Of a stretch of DNA of 64,000 nt, positions 21,840 through 33,663 are shown piece by piece (the stretch's first letter is position 1; the number at the start of each line of letters is the position of its first letter). Under the pieces are notes generated by a model that saw nothing but the letters and a program-made list of their open reading frames with translations, ran no database searches and had not been told where the DNA came from. The stretch is taken from assembly GCA_002009975.1 (NCBI GenBank), contig MTLP01000009.1, positions 1 to 64,000 of the forward strand. Reading direction: 5' to 3'. The position numbers and the translations under genes are program-made. Origin of the DNA: Thermococcus sp. JdFR-02 (GTDB taxonomy: Archaea; Methanobacteriota_B; Thermococci; Thermococcales; Thermococcaceae).

Positions 21840-23117
21840 ATGAGCTACAAAGAGCATAAAGATAAGATTTTGGGATTTATCGAAGAGCATGAGAAATGGA
21901 GGTCTTCAACAATTAACTTGATTGCAAGCGAAAATATAACCTCCCCAAGTGTCAATAGGGCTGTTGTAAGTGGTTTTATGCACAAATACGCTGAGGGTTG
22001 GCCAAAGCAACGCTATTATCAAGGTTGTAAATACATTGATGAGGTTGAGCTTATTGGTATTGAGCTGTTCTGTACACTCTTTAAGAGTGATTTTGCTGAC
22101 CTAAGACCGATATCAGGTACAAATGCCAATCAAGCAGCATTCTTTGGATTAACACAACCAGGAGACACAATTATAGCCTTGCACACTTCTCATGGCGGTC
22201 ACATTAGTTATATGCCCTTTGGTAGTGCTGGAATGCATGCCCTAAAGACTGAGTTCTGGCCCTTTGACTTCGATGAATTTAACATTGATGTTGACAAAGC
22301 GGCGCAATTGATTAGAGAAAAGAAGCCAAAGTTAGTGCTTTTTGGAGGATCCCTATTCCCATTCCCACACCCAGTTAAAGAGCTTAGCGAAGTTGCTAAG
22401 GAAGTTGGAGCTTACGTTATGTACGATGCCGCGCACGTCTTAGGTTTAATAGCTGGTGGACAATTCCAAGATCCACTTAGAGAAGGAGCCGACATTATAA
22501 CCTCTTCAACCCACAAGACATTCCCGGGACCACAAGGTGGTGTAATACTCTACAAGAACTTTGGTGAGGATGTTGCAAAGCTCCAATGGGCTATATTCCC
22601 AGGTGTGCTAAGCAATCACCACTTGCACCATATGGCTGGAAAAGCAGTTACAGCTGCTGAGATGCTTGAATATGGTAAAGAATATGCTGCACAAATCGTG
22701 AAGAACGCAAAAGCTTTAGCCGAAGCTATGGCAGAGGAGGGCTTCAAGGTCATTGGTGAAGATAAAGGCTATACTAAGAGCCACCAAGTTATAGTTGATG
22801 TCAGCGATCTACACGAAGCCGCTGGTGGATGGGCTGCCCCACTATTGGAGCAAGCTGGAATAATCTTGAACAAGAACCTCTTACCATGGGATCCACTTGA
22901 AAAGGTCAACACTCCAAGCGGTTTGAGAATTGGTGTTCAAGAGATGACAAGAGTTGGAATGATGGAAGACGACATGAAGGAGATTGCACACTTCTTCAAG
23001 AGAGTGCTAATTGACAGAGAAGATCCAAAGAAAGTTGAAAAGGATGTGTTTGAATTTAGAAGGCAATTCCAAAAGGTCTATTACTCCTTCGATTATGGCT
23101 TGCCAATGAAGGAGTGA
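21840..23117 (+). CDS. glyA: Serine hydroxymethyltransferase
   Basis: LIASEN, YAEG, STHKTFPGPQGG. Confidence 0.96.
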   Translation: MSYKEHKDKILGFIEEHEKWRSSTINLIASENITSPSVNRAVVSGFMHKYAEGWPKQRYYQGCKYIDEVELIGIELFCTLFKSDFADLRPISGTNANQAAFFGLTQPGDTIIALHTSHGGHISYMPFGSAGMHALKTEFWPFDFDEFNIDVDKAAQLIREKKPKLVLFGGSLFPFPHPVKELSEVAKEVGAYVMYDAAHVLGLIAGGQFQDPLREGADIITSSTHKTFPGPQGGVILYKNFGEDVAKLQWAIFPGVLSNHHLHHMAGKAVTAAEMLEYGKEYAAQIVKNAKALAEAMAEEGFKVIGEDKGYTKSHQVIVDVSDLHEAAGGWAAPLLEQAGIILNKNLLPWDPLEKVNTPSGLRIGVQEMTRVGMMEDDMKEIAHFFKRVLIDREDPKKVEKDVFEFRRQFQKVYYSFDYGLPMKE

Positions 23118-23195
23118 TTTCTTTTTCATTTCAATTCTTTTTGAAGCTTTGGAAATCATTAAATATCTCAAAGCGTAACTTATTTTGGTGAGGAT

Positions 23196-23966
23196 ATGAA
23201 AAAGTTCTTAGCATTAACTGGATTTTTAGCACTCATTGTGATTGCTGCATTTTATGTCATAACTTCTCATAATAGAGGGATTATAGAAGTTAGCCGCTGT
23301 AAAGATGTTATTCCTGAAACTCTTCCATCTTTAAAGCCTTCAAATGAAGTTTTCTGCTGTCCCGGTCCTATTGGATATGTTATAAGTGCGGGATATAAAT
23401 TGCCTGGCGAAGCAATAGAGTTTCGAACCCAAAATGAGCCTCCTCAGAACTTTACCGGGACAATAGTTTTCACTGTGTACAAGGATTCAAAGCTTCTCTA
23501 TGCTAAGGAAGGTATGAATGTTATGTGGAAGCTTCCAAAGGAGAGAGATGTAACGTACAAGCTCGTTGTTTATGCCCTTAATGATAGCTGTGGTGTAGTG
23601 GATGTTCTAATGTCAGAGATCATTGTTCCAGAGCAGGGAGTCATGGCAAAAATGAGCCTTGATAAAGAAGTCTATAAAATTGGAGAAGAGGCTGTGCTGA
23701 CCATAGAGAACACCGGAAGAACACCTCTATTTTTTGGCGTTGATTATGTTCTTTACAAATGGGATGGAAAAAGATGGGTCAAAGTAGACATTCCATACAC
23801 ATTCATTGACATAGGATACTTTCTTCAACCGGGAAAAACTTGGAATCAGACGATTCCCCTCAACTATCTTGAACCGGGGCATTATAAAATTGCTAAAAAA
23901 GTTTCTGCAGAGGGAACGAGAATAAAACTAACGCTTAGAGCAGAGTTTGATGTGATTGAAGAGTAA
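23196..23966 (+). CDS. Membrane-anchored or secreted protein with C-terminal Ig-like domain
   Basis: N-terminal hydrophobic segment; LDKEVYKIGE..LTIENTG and LEPGHYKI beta-sandwich pattern. Confidence 0.7.
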   Translation: MKKFLALTGFLALIVIAAFYVITSHNRGIIEVSRCKDVIPETLPSLKPSNEVFCCPGPIGYVISAGYKLPGEAIEFRTQNEPPQNFTGTIVFTVYKDSKLLYAKEGMNVMWKLPKERDVTYKLVVYALNDSCGVVDVLMSEIIVPEQGVMAKMSLDKEVYKIGEEAVLTIENTGRTPLFFGVDYVLYKWDGKRWVKVDIPYTFIDIGYFLQPGKTWNQTIPLNYLEPGHYKIAKKVSAEGTRIKLTLRAEFDVIEE

Positions 23967-23979
23967 TAAAAAACAGAGA

Positions 23980-26178
23980 TCAAGAGGGTATGGTTATCTG
24001 TATCTTGGTTCCATTGATCTCTATCTTAAAGTTCTTGCCAAGCATTGGTGCCCCATAAATTATGATCTCCTTCGGCTCTCCTGGAAATGTTAACTCAACC
24101 TCTAAAGGATTTCCCGTGTAAAAGCCTTTCATTTCTGTCTTTTTTCCTTGCCAAGTAGTCCCTTTAATCGTGAACGGGAAGGCAAAGCCATTCTTGTCAA
24201 CCAAAGTGAATCTTAAGGTGTAATTGCCATCTCTTTTAATTAACTGGGCATTTTCAATCGTTATGTTCGGCAGGGCTTTCTTAGTTGTCCAGGTCTGCCA
24301 AATTAGGAGAATATTTGGATTATTTGACTTTTTAGCTAAAATTCTTGCAAACTCATCAAAGTCCGCTTCTCTGTATAGGTATTTTTCTGAGAATTCTCTA
24401 AATGTTTCCTTATATGCTTGTTCTCCAGCTTGGGAATATAGAAGAAAAGTTGTTAAGTACGCCTTGTAAATGGTTGTTGCTATATCTATGACATTTCCAG
24501 AATATCTGTACTTATATAGTTCAATCACTGGATGATCAGTTTCTGGAAATTCTTTTAAAGAGGTTTCGTACATTCTCTTTTGATACTCAAGATACTCCGA
24601 GAACTTTTTAAAATAGCTGGCTGGAATTGATGCCCAGATACTATCAATTCCTCCTATCCAGAGGTCTTTCGGCTCCACCTCTATTCTCTCATAAAAAATG
24701 GAGTATATCCTCCATAGGATGTTATACAGCGATAGGGATTTATGATAATTCAAAGCAAGTACATTGCTTGAAGAGAGTACCAACCATAAATTGCCAAGCT
24801 CAGCGCTGTAAACTATATTGATTTCTTTGGGATAGACAAAATATTCTTTTGATGCCTTCACAGCTTCAAGGACATCTTTGAATGTTCTGGCTGGTGTCTT
24901 AATTGCAGGAGTATAGTAGAAATTAACTTTTGTTTCGTTCACGTAGCCAGTAAGTTTCTTTAGATTTCCAGTTATCACAAGAATATCTTTTGTTGGAAAC
25001 TCTGAGGCTATTACGGGCTTTTGACTTTCCACATTAATTTCTCCATTTTGTATTAGCTTGTTGATTGGAAGGAAGGGTGTTAGCCAAAAGTTAAACAGGA
25101 GTGTAAAGTTAGAATCTACAACCTTAGTCCTATATGTGCGTGAAAAATTCTTATCTGTTGTCATTGGCTGAATGCTGAAATTTCCAATATATTTGAAGGA
25201 GTAGCTATCTTTTCTCTCAAACGGAATCACTGTATTGAAATTTTGGAAATATTCGACATTCATATTCTCCACATTAAGCCATGGCATTTTGTAAAAGATC
25301 GGGAAGTAATCTATAGAATAATCGATTTTAAGGGTAGATTCGGCTGAGTAAAATCTTTCATTCTCATTTAGTCTCAGGCTTATGTCAATTTTATTTATTC
25401 TTCCAATTCCAGTCATTATTCCTCCATTCCAGAACCAATTCACAAATTTTTGATATTCTCTTTCTACATTTGGAAGTTTTAGAATCTCTTGGGAGGGCTT
25501 ATCGCTCTGCAAGAGCTTGAAAACTTCTTGAACTCCATACTTGGAAACTAGAAACGTCACCAGATCTTTCATGTTATCCCAGTATTCTTTAACCTCGTTT
25601 TGATCTTGGCTATCTATCAATTTAATGAGCTCATTAAGCGAAACATTCTTTTGAGGGACAGTTCTAAAATAAGCGTACGAAATTGTGGGGAATGCAAATG
25701 TTAAACCATTAACCTTTCCTGTCAGATATGATATCAAAGCACTTTCAACATTATATGGATAGATTTCTTGGCTGTTTTTGTCTAGAAAAGTAAATATCCT
25801 GTTTTTTTCGATGTACCAAGGCAGATTCGTTGAATACTCAAGTTTCAACTCTTCCTCACTTGAATAAATGTAAAGCTCCACTTTTTTAGGGTCTTTTCCA
25901 AATGCCTTTGCATAGCTTTCGTAGGTGTAATCTATTCCTGTGAGGAGAAATCTAATTTTTGCCATGAAAGTTTCGAGATTAGCGACATCTGGGGGATAGT
26001 AAATTGTGAAGTATTTCGTTTCATTCTTCAGCCAATGAGAGTAAGCTTCTTCATCTTCGCTTGGACTCTCGGTTGGGGTTATTGAAGCAGAGGAGGTCAT
26101 GGTTTGATTTTTTCCTATACAGAATGTTGAAAAAACGACTAAGGTTATCATAAAAATTACTTTAAGATGTTTCTTCAA
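23980..26178 (-). CDS. Surface (lipo)protein with M1/gluzincin-like architecture lacking HExxH
   Basis: Signal peptide ending at Cys, Ser/Thr linker; YKAYLTTFLLYSQAGEQAYKETFREFSEKY resembles the M1 post-catalytic helix. Confidence 0.6.
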   Translation of the reverse strand: MKKHLKVIFMITLVVFSTFCIGKNQTMTSSASITPTESPSEDEEAYSHWLKNETKYFTIYYPPDVANLETFMAKIRFLLTGIDYTYESYAKAFGKDPKKVELYIYSSEEELKLEYSTNLPWYIEKNRIFTFLDKNSQEIYPYNVESALISYLTGKVNGLTFAFPTISYAYFRTVPQKNVSLNELIKLIDSQDQNEVKEYWDNMKDLVTFLVSKYGVQEVFKLLQSDKPSQEILKLPNVEREYQKFVNWFWNGGIMTGIGRINKIDISLRLNENERFYSAESTLKIDYSIDYFPIFYKMPWLNVENMNVEYFQNFNTVIPFERKDSYSFKYIGNFSIQPMTTDKNFSRTYRTKVVDSNFTLLFNFWLTPFLPINKLIQNGEINVESQKPVIASEFPTKDILVITGNLKKLTGYVNETKVNFYYTPAIKTPARTFKDVLEAVKASKEYFVYPKEINIVYSAELGNLWLVLSSSNVLALNYHKSLSLYNILWRIYSIFYERIEVEPKDLWIGGIDSIWASIPASYFKKFSEYLEYQKRMYETSLKEFPETDHPVIELYKYRYSGNVIDIATTIYKAYLTTFLLYSQAGEQAYKETFREFSEKYLYREADFDEFARILAKKSNNPNILLIWQTWTTKKALPNITIENAQLIKRDGNYTLRFTLVDKNGFAFPFTIKGTTWQGKKTEMKGFYTGNPLEVELTFPGEPKEIIIYGAPMLGKNFKIEINGTKIQITIPS

Positions 26179-26302
26179 TATAACATCACCAAATGTATTA
26201 AATATTAGCGAAATTTAAGTTTTATCATAGTGATGGCAAAAGTTTTTATTCTAATTTGAGCTTAACCTCACCTTAGGCTACAAATTTTTGAAGGTGAGAG
26301 TG

Positions 26303-26632
26303 ATGAAATTTTGTCCAAAGTGTGGGAGCATAATGATCCCAGATAAGAAGAAAGGGGTTCTAGTTTGTAGAAGATGTGGCTATGAAGAACCTCTAGAAGA
26401 AGAGACAGCTAAACGCTATCAATTAAAGAAGGAAGTTAAGCATTCACCAAAGGAAGACTTAGTGGTTATTGAGCAAGATGTTGCAACATTGCCAAAAGTA
26501 AAGATCACTTGTCCAAAGTGTGGAAATGGTGAAGCGTATTGGTGGGAATTGCAGACAAGGGCAGGAGATGAACCTTCAACTATATTCTACAAATGTACTA
26601 AATGCGGATATGTTTGGAGAAGTTACGAGTAA
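26303..26632 (+). CDS. tfs: Transcription factor S
   Basis: FCPKCG..CRRCG; QTRAGDEP acidic hairpin. Confidence 0.95.
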   Translation: MKFCPKCGSIMIPDKKKGVLVCRRCGYEEPLEEETAKRYQLKKEVKHSPKEDLVVIEQDVATLPKVKITCPKCGNGEAYWWELQTRAGDEPSTIFYKCTKCGYVWRSYE

Positions 26633-26643
26633 GGTGTGGATAA

Positions 26644-26814
26644 ATGGACAAAATGCGGATTGAAGTTTTAAAGCGTTTGGCTGAAAAAGCATTAAAGGAG
26701 TTGGATGAAGCTTATAAAAGAGTGCCCGAAGTAGATAATGGAAAGGCTTATTTATTTAGAGGTAAAGAAAGGGTTAGATTAATACTCAACATTCTCAATG
26801 ATATGGAGGTGTAA
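26644..26814 (+). CDS. Small hypothetical protein (56 aa) between tfs and pcn, not in the ORF track
   Basis: MDKMRIEVLKRLAEKALKELDEAYKRVPEVDNGKAYLFRGKERVRLILNILNDMEV*, with GGTG RBS, fills the operon gap exactly. Confidence 0.75.
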   Translation: MDKMRIEVLKRLAEKALKELDEAYKRVPEVDNGKAYLFRGKERVRLILNILNDMEV

Positions 26815-26817
26815 AAA

Positions 26818-27567
26818 ATGCCGTTTGAAATAGTTTTTGATGGAGCAAAGGATTTTGCCGATTTGATAGCAACCGCAAGCAACTTAATTGATGAAGCTGC
26901 ATTTAAAGTGACTGAAGATGGTATTTCAATGCGTGCAATGGATCCAAGTAGAGTTGTTTTGATTGATTTGAACTTACCTACAAGCATATTCTCAAAGTAT
27001 GATGTTGAGAGTGAAGAGACAATTGGCGTTAACATGGATCACTTTAAGAAGATTTTAAAGAGATCTAAGAGTAAGGACACTTTAGTTTTAAGAAAGGGAG
27101 AAGAGAATTTCTTAGATATAATTCTGCAGGGAACTGCAACTAGGAAATTTAGACTTCCCCTAATTGATGTTGAAGAGCTCGAGCTTGAGCTTCCAGAGTT
27201 ACCCTTTACAGCAAAAGCTGTTGTCTTGGGAGAAGTGTTAAAGGAAGCAGTTAAAGACGCTTCTCTTGTTAGTGACAGCTTAAAGTTTATTGCAACTCCA
27301 AACGAGCTTATGTTAAAAGCTGAAGGTGAGACCCAAGAAGTTGAAATAAAATTAACTCTAGAAGATGAAGGTTTGCTTGATTTAGAAGTTCAGGAGGAAA
27401 CAAAGAGCGCTTACGGAATTAGCTATTTAGCAGACATGGTTAAGGGAATTGGTAAAGCTGACGAAGTCATAGTGCAATTTGGTAACGAGATGCCTCTTCA
27501 GATGGATTATCCAATTAGAGATGAGGGAAGGTTAACATTCCTCTTAGCTCCAAGAGTTGAGGAGTGA
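26818..27567 (+). CDS. pcn: DNA polymerase sliding clamp PCNA
   Basis: AMDPSRVVLI, FLLAPRVE. Confidence 0.97.
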   Translation: MPFEIVFDGAKDFADLIATASNLIDEAAFKVTEDGISMRAMDPSRVVLIDLNLPTSIFSKYDVESEETIGVNMDHFKKILKRSKSKDTLVLRKGEENFLDIILQGTATRKFRLPLIDVEELELELPELPFTAKAVVLGEVLKEAVKDASLVSDSLKFIATPNELMLKAEGETQEVEIKLTLEDEGLLDLEVQEETKSAYGISYLADMVKGIGKADEVIVQFGNEMPLQMDYPIRDEGRLTFLLAPRVEE

Positions 27568-27588
27568 TTTTTTATTTCTTTCTTTTAG

Positions 27589-28158
27589 GTGATTTCCTTG
27601 GACATAGTAAAACTTAGAGAACTACTTGAGAGGGAACTGTCTTCAAATGAGCTAACCCCATTAGATGATGAATTTTATAAGGAATTTGACAGCTTAGTCA
27701 AAGCTCTAAAGCTTAGGGTTGAGTCTTCAAGGGAGAGAGGGGAGACTGTAGAAGAGAATCTTTATTTAGCAGAACTTGAGGTTGTTGAACGCTTAATGAA
27801 GGAGATAATTAAGATAAGGTTACATAAGTTAGTGGATTTAGCCTTTGAGGGGAAGTTACAGAATTTAGTAGGTGAAGAAAAGAAGATATTTGGTTTGCTC
27901 CTTGCTTTCATAAATCGCGAACCTTTTGAAATTCCAGAGAGAGTTGTAGAGGAGAAAATAGAAGAGGTTAAGGAGGTTGTGGAAACAAAGATTCCAACGA
28001 GAGAAGCGTATCTAATTGAAATCGACATTCCAAAAATTTTAGATGAAAAGTTAAATGAATATGGACCATTTAAAGCCGGTGATCTAGTTACACTTCCTAG
28101 ATCTTTAGCAAAAATTTTAATTGAAAGAGGGGTTGCAAAGAGAGTTAGAATTTCATGA
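27589..28158 (+). CDS. GINS complex subunit Gins51
   Basis: RLHKLV, YGPFKAGDLVTLP; follows pcn. Confidence 0.88.
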   Translation: MISLDIVKLRELLERELSSNELTPLDDEFYKEFDSLVKALKLRVESSRERGETVEENLYLAELEVVERLMKEIIKIRLHKLVDLAFEGKLQNLVGEEKKIFGLLLAFINREPFEIPERVVEEKIEEVKEVVETKIPTREAYLIEIDIPKILDEKLNEYGPFKAGDLVTLPRSLAKILIERGVAKRVRIS

Positions 28159-28310
28159 CATTTGTTTTTGACTTTTCTACTGTTATATTAGTTAAGGACT
28201 TGATTAGAGTGTCCTTAAATTTGTAGGATTCTTTAATAATTAGTTCATAAATCGAACAGAAACTTTTTATATTTCGAACATACTTAGTTCATAATGAAAA
28301 CAAACTTGAG

Positions 28311-28970
28311 GTGGAAGATATGGTAGTGATAGGTGAAAGGTTTCCAGAGGTTGAGGTGACAACGACCCATGGAAAAATTAAATTGCCTGACTATTTTGTA
28401 GAAAAGGGAAAATGGTTTGTTCTATTTAGTCATCCAGCAGACTTTACACCTGTTTGTACAACCGAATTTTATGCTTTCCAGAGAAGATACGATAAATTTA
28501 AAGAACTCAATACTGAATTGATTGGTTTAAGCTTAGATCAAGTGTTCAGCCATCTTAAGTGGCTTGATTGGATTAAAGGAAATCTTGGGATTACTATTGA
28601 ATATCCCGTAATTGCAGATGTTTTGGGAAAGCTATCAGAAAAATTGGGCATGTTGACATTAGATAAGACACACACAGTTAGGGCTGTATTTATTGTTGAT
28701 GATAAAGGAATAATTAGAGCAATTTTCTATTATCCTCCAGAGGCTGGTAGGAATATAGATGAAATCCTTAGGACAATAAAGGCATTGCAGACAAGTGACA
28801 AATATGGAGTTGCAATTCCAGCAAATTGGCCAAACAATGAGCTAATTGGGGACAAAGTTATTGTTCCACCAGCAAGTTCACTTAAAAAGAAGAAGGAAAT
28901 AGAAGAAGCGAAGAATAAAGGAGAAGTTGAAGCTTTTGATTGGTGGTTTTCATTTAAGAAAATCAAATGA
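28311..28970 (+). CDS. Peroxiredoxin (archaeal Prx6 type)
   Basis: [29 protein letters not shown]. Confidence 0.95.
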   Translation: MEDMVVIGERFPEVEVTTTHGKIKLPDYFVEKGKWFVLFSHPADFTPVCTTEFYAFQRRYDKFKELNTELIGLSLDQVFSHLKWLDWIKGNLGITIEYPVIADVLGKLSEKLGMLTLDKTHTVRAVFIVDDKGIIRAIFYYPPEAGRNIDEILRTIKALQTSDKYGVAIPANWPNNELIGDKVIVPPASSLKKKKEIEEAKNKGEVEAFDWWFSFKKIK

Positions 28971-29098
28971 TATCTTTTTTCTATTTTTACAATGTTTTAT
29001 TGCCTAATTCTCCTAGGTTTATAAAATAAAACTATATAAACCAAGTTAGTAAACCTTATTATAAAGAAATTCGAATTTTATAATTGGAGGATTGAACT

Positions 29099-30820
29099 AT
29101 GACTAAGCTGAAAGATGAGGTTTCTATTGTTTTGGGGGGAGCGGCTGGACAAGGAATTCAAACTGTTGAGGAGATTTTGACAAGAACCCTAAAACTTTCT
29201 GGATTTAACGTTTATGCAACAAAGGAATATATGTCAAGGGTTCGTGGTGGGGTAAACACTACGGAAATTAGGGTTTCTTCTAAGAGGGTTAGAGCTTTTG
29301 TGAGTAGAATTGATATTTTAATACCTTTTAAGAAAGGGGTTTTGGAATGGGTAAGCAACAGGCTCTCCAAGGAAACAATAGTAATTGGTGAAAAAGTAAA
29401 CATAGAAGAGGAATTTCTGGATAAAGTGAATCTCATTAAAGTACCATTTACTCAAATAGCAAAGGAAGTTGGTGGTGTGCTTTATCTTAATACGATAGCA
29501 GCAGGAGTTGTTGCGGGAATACTCAATGCTGATATGGAGGTTTTAAGGAGATACCTTAAAGAAAGATTTTCAGCTAAAGGAGAAAATATTGTACAAAGGA
29601 ATATTGAAGCTGCAATAAAGGGATATGAACTTGGAAGAGGATTATGCAAAGAGGGGAGAATAAGTGTAGAGATTCTGAAGAACGAAGAGGTAAAGAATGA
29701 AATTCTATTAAGTGGAACTGAAGCCGTTGCTTTGGGCGCTGTAGCTGGAGGCATGAATTTCTTGGCTTTTTACCCAATGTCGCCTTCTACTGGTGTCGCA
29801 GTTTTTGCTGCACAGCATGCAGATGAGTTTGAAATTGTAGTGGAACAGGTAGAAGATGAAATATCTGCTGCAAATATGGTAATTGGGGCATGGTTTGCTG
29901 GGGCAAGAGGAATGGTAACTACTTCTGGAGGAGGCTTTGCATTAATGAGTGAAGCTTTGAGCTTAGCTGGAATGGCTGAGAATCCGATTGTAATTCATCT
30001 TGCTCAAAGACCGGGTCCCGCAACAGGTTTACCGACAAGAACTATGCAGAGCGACCTGTTTTTAGCTTTACATGCCGGACATGGTGAATTTCCCAGAATA
30101 ATTTTCGCTCCTGGGACAATTGAAGATGCATTCTATCTAACCCAAAAGGCTTTTAACTTAGCTGACAAGTATCAAATTCCCGTAATAATCTTAACAGATG
30201 AATATTTGATGGATTCTTACTATAATCTTCCAGATATTAACTTGGAGAAAATAAGTTTCGAGGAATACATAATTAAGACAAAAGAAGATTATAAACGCTA
30301 TAAACTAACAGAGAATGGTATTTCCCCAAGAGGGATACCTGGATATGGGGAAGGCATAATTGTCGCAAACGGTAACGAACATGATGAATATGGAGATATC
30401 ACGGAAGATGAGGAGCTCAGCAAATTGATGCAGGAGAAAAGAAATAAAAAGTTAGAATTCATAAAAAGAGAGTCCATTCCTCCAGAACTTGTTGGAAGTG
30501 AAGAGTACAAGTATTTGATAATTGCTTGGGGATCTACATACTATGTTATTAAAGAAGCCCTTGAAAGGCTTAGAAGAAAGGACATTGCAATGCTTCATTT
30601 TAAGCAGGTGTATCCTTTAAGCGACAAAACAAAGGAATATTTGGAGAAAGCTAATGTAATAATCGATGTTGAGCTAAATGTTACAGCACAGTTTGCACAG
30701 CTCTTGAAGAGAGAATTTGGTGTTGATGTCCATTACAAGATTCTCAAATATAACGGCAGACCCTTCTCAGTTGAAGAAATTATGGAAAATCTTAAAGCTA
30801 TTTTAGGGGAGGGAGTGTAA
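29099..30820 (+). CDS. 2-oxoacid:acceptor oxidoreductase alpha subunit (gamma-alpha fusion)
   Basis: [30 protein letters not shown]. Confidence 0.92.
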   Translation: MTKLKDEVSIVLGGAAGQGIQTVEEILTRTLKLSGFNVYATKEYMSRVRGGVNTTEIRVSSKRVRAFVSRIDILIPFKKGVLEWVSNRLSKETIVIGEKVNIEEEFLDKVNLIKVPFTQIAKEVGGVLYLNTIAAGVVAGILNADMEVLRRYLKERFSAKGENIVQRNIEAAIKGYELGRGLCKEGRISVEILKNEEVKNEILLSGTEAVALGAVAGGMNFLAFYPMSPSTGVAVFAAQHADEFEIVVEQVEDEISAANMVIGAWFAGARGMVTTSGGGFALMSEALSLAGMAENPIVIHLAQRPGPATGLPTRTMQSDLFLALHAGHGEFPRIIFAPGTIEDAFYLTQKAFNLADKYQIPVIILTDEYLMDSYYNLPDINLEKISFEEYIIKTKEDYKRYKLTENGISPRGIPGYGEGIIVANGNEHDEYGDITEDEELSKLMQEKRNKKLEFIKRESIPPELVGSEEYKYLIIAWGSTYYVIKEALERLRRKDIAMLHFKQVYPLSDKTKEYLEKANVIIDVELNVTAQFAQLLKREFGVDVHYKILKYNGRPFSVEEIMENLKAILGEGV

Positions 30821-31695
30821 TGCCACTTGATTATAGACTTTTTCAATCTGAAAGACCAGGTTCTCAAGATATAGCTTGGTGTCCTGGTTGTGGGAACTTT
30901 GGCATTAGGAATGTTCTTATGCATGCCCTAGCTGAACTAAACATAATTCCTCAAAAGGTTGTCATAATTAGTGGCATTGGGCAAGCCGCAAAGATGCCCC
31001 ACTACATAAAGGTTCATGGATATCATACATTACACGGAAGATCAATCCCTATTGCCACTGCAGTAAAAGTGACGAATCCAGAGCTTACTGTTATTGCAGA
31101 AGGTGGAGATGGAGACATGTACGCAGAAGGTGGCAATCATTTACTCCATGGAATTAGGAGGAATCCAGATATTACGGTTTTAATTCACGACAATCAAATT
31201 TATGGTCTTACAAAAGGTCAGGCATCTCCAACTACTGTAATAGGAATGAAAACGCCTACTCAACCTTGGGGAGTTTTTGAAGAACCTATGAATCCAATAG
31301 CTCTAGCAATAGCCTTAGATGCTTCATTTGTTGCAAGAACATTTATAGGATTCATGAAGGAAACTAAGGAAATAATAAAACAGGCTATACAGCATAGAGG
31401 CTTTGCTATAGTTGATATATTCCAGCCATGTGTCTCATTTAACAAATTAAACACCTACGAATGGTATAGGGAACATACATATTTCATGAAAGATCACGAT
31501 CCTTATGATAGAGAAGAAGCGCTTAAGAGGGCTTTGGAGAAGGATCCGTTGCCATTAGGAGTGTTCTACATTAATGAAAAGCCAACATTTGAAGAGCTAG
31601 TGGTGGCTTATAAAAAGGACAAGAGACCATTATGGCAAAGAAAGCCAAAATTAGACAAGATAAGGGAAATGCTTGAACTAAAGAGAAGGCTTTAA
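30820..31695 (+). CDS. 2-oxoacid:ferredoxin oxidoreductase beta subunit (TPP-binding)
   Basis: [21 protein letters not shown]. Confidence 0.93.
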   Translation: MPLDYRLFQSERPGSQDIAWCPGCGNFGIRNVLMHALAELNIIPQKVVIISGIGQAAKMPHYIKVHGYHTLHGRSIPIATAVKVTNPELTVIAEGGDGDMYAEGGNHLLHGIRRNPDITVLIHDNQIYGLTKGQASPTTVIGMKTPTQPWGVFEEPMNPIALAIALDASFVARTFIGFMKETKEIIKQAIQHRGFAIVDIFQPCVSFNKLNTYEWYREHTYFMKDHDPYDREEALKRALEKDPLPLGVFYINEKPTFEELVVAYKKDKRPLWQRKPKLDKIREMLELKRRL

Positions 31696-31714
31696 ACGCA
31701 ATCAGCTGAAGGAG

Positions 31715-32818
31715 TTGATGGGCGTGAAAGTCTTAATAATCGGAAATGGGATAGCTGGGGTTACCTTAGCTAAAGAACTCTCTAAGGACTTTGAAGTTAT
31801 TATTGTTGAGAGAGAAACACTTCCATATTACAACAAGCCAATGCTTAGTCACTATATTGCTGGACTGGTTGATGAGAAAGCCCTTTTTCCATATTCAAGG
31901 GAGTGGTATCTCAAAAATAGCATAAATCTTAATCTTGGAGTTGAAGCTAAGATTATAGACAGGGCAAGAAAAAAGCTGGTAACTTCCAAAGGCGAATTCA
32001 ATTATGATATTTTGGTTTTAGCCACTGGAGCAAGGGCAAGAGAGCCAGCGACTAAAGGAAAGGAACATCTAATGACACTTAGGACCTTTGAGGATGCTGA
32101 GAGAATAAAGAATATACTTGAAAATGAAGGTGAAGCTGTGATAATTGGTGGGGGTTTTATAGGTCTTGAGCTTGCAGGAAACCTTTCAAAAGTAGGTTAT
32201 GAGGTTAAGCTAATTCATAGGAGAGATACTTTTTTAGGGCTTGATGGGGAGTTAAGTAACATTATAATGCAGAAACTGGAAGAGTTTGGTGTTAGATTCT
32301 ATTTAAATACCAACCTTGTGAAAGCCGAGGAAAATGGAATTCAAACAGATAAAGGATATATTAAGGGAAAGCTTAAGATATGTGCGTTTGGTATAGTCCC
32401 AAATAGAGAACTTGCTGTAAGAAGCGGTATACATGCTGGAAGAGGGATTTTAATAGACGACCAATTTAGAACTTCTGCACAGAATATTTATGCAATAGGT
32501 GATTGTGCTGAGTATGGTGGTATTATATGTGGCACTGCTAAAGCATCTATGGAACATGCGCGAGTTTTAGCCAATATATTGAGGGGAAAAATGGATAGTT
32601 ATGACTTTAAATTCAGATCAACTATCTTTAAATTTGCAGACCTACCAATAGCAATAATAGGAAATACTAAAGGAGAAGGAGTCTGGATAGGAGACAATGT
32701 TAAAGTGTTTGTCGATGAAAACTTTGTTGCTGGTGCGGTTATTTTTGAAGATCTTAGGATGGTAAGCAAATTAGAAAAACTGATCAAGGATAAGATCACT
32801 ATTGACCAGCTTAGATAA
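31715..32818 (+). CDS. NAD(P)H:rubredoxin oxidoreductase
   Basis: [22 protein letters not shown]; next to rubrerythrin and rubredoxin. Confidence 0.85.
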   Translation: MMGVKVLIIGNGIAGVTLAKELSKDFEVIIVERETLPYYNKPMLSHYIAGLVDEKALFPYSREWYLKNSINLNLGVEAKIIDRARKKLVTSKGEFNYDILVLATGARAREPATKGKEHLMTLRTFEDAERIKNILENEGEAVIIGGGFIGLELAGNLSKVGYEVKLIHRRDTFLGLDGELSNIIMQKLEEFGVRFYLNTNLVKAEENGIQTDKGYIKGKLKICAFGIVPNRELAVRSGIHAGRGILIDDQFRTSAQNIYAIGDCAEYGGIICGTAKASMEHARVLANILRGKMDSYDFKFRSTIFKFADLPIAIIGNTKGEGVWIGDNVKVFVDENFVAGAVIFEDLRMVSKLEKLIKDKITIDQLR

Positions 32819-32963
32819 TTCTAACATTGATTTAAATACCAAACTTAAAAGTTTAGATATCGGAATTAATGGTTTATAAAATATAGTCCTAGATAGTGGA
32901 ACAAAAATCTTTTAAACTCTGACATCGTATTATATGATGTAATTTCCCATTAGGTGATGGAAA

Positions 32964-33479
32964 ATGGTTGTTCAAAGGAAAATGACGAAGAAGTTTTTGG
33001 AAGATGCGTATGCAGGAGAAAGTCAAGCCCACATGAGGTATCTAATTTTTGCGGATGTTGCTGAAAAGGAAGGATTTCCAAACATTGCAAAGCTTTTTAG
33101 AGCTATAGCTTTTGCTGAACTTGTTCATGCGAGAAATCACTATGAAGCTCTCGGAAACGTAAAAGACACTGTAGAAAACTTGCAAGTTGCCATTGATGGA
33201 GAGACATTTGAAGTTGAAGAAATGTATCCAGTGTACAACAACACGGCAAAGCTTCAAGGTGAAAATGAAGCTGTTAGGAGCACACATTATGCCTTAGAGG
33301 CTGAAAAGATACATGCTGAGCTTTACAAGAAAGCAAAGGAATTAGCAGAGCAAAAGAAAGATATGGAAGTCAAGAAAGTTTACATATGTCCCGTATGTGG
33401 GTATACCGTTATAGACGAAGCTCCAGAATATTGTCCTGTTTGCGGTGCTCCAAGAGAAAAGTTTGTAGTTTTTGAATGA
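32964..33479 (+). CDS. rbr: Rubrerythrin
   Basis: AGESQA, ELVHA, EKIH, CPVCG..CPVCG. Confidence 0.95.
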   Translation: MVVQRKMTKKFLEDAYAGESQAHMRYLIFADVAEKEGFPNIAKLFRAIAFAELVHARNHYEALGNVKDTVENLQVAIDGETFEVEEMYPVYNNTAKLQGENEAVRSTHYALEAEKIHAELYKKAKELAEQKKDMEVKKVYICPVCGYTVIDEAPEYCPVCGAPREKFVVFE

Positions 33480-33489
33480 GGTGATAGGA

Positions 33490-33654
33490 ATGGCAAAGTG
33501 GAAGTGCATGGTCTGTGGATACATCTATGACGAGGAGATAGGCGATCCAGAAAACGAAGTTTCTCCAGGCACAAAGTTTGAAGAATTACCAGACAATTGG
33601 GTGTGTCCACTCTGTGGTGCCCCAAAAGATATGTTTGAAAAGATTGAAGATTAG
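33490..33654 (+). CDS. rub: Rubredoxin
   Basis: CMVCGYIYD...[10 protein letters not shown]. Confidence 0.96.
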   Translation: MAKWKCMVCGYIYDEEIGDPENEVSPGTKFEELPDNWVCPLCGAPKDMFEKIED

Positions 33655-33663
33655 GTGGTTTAG

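Noticed and set aside
28160-33000. SurR sites (GTTn3AAC) in redox-island promoters
   Set aside because: Only near-matches with wrong spacing were found by eye.
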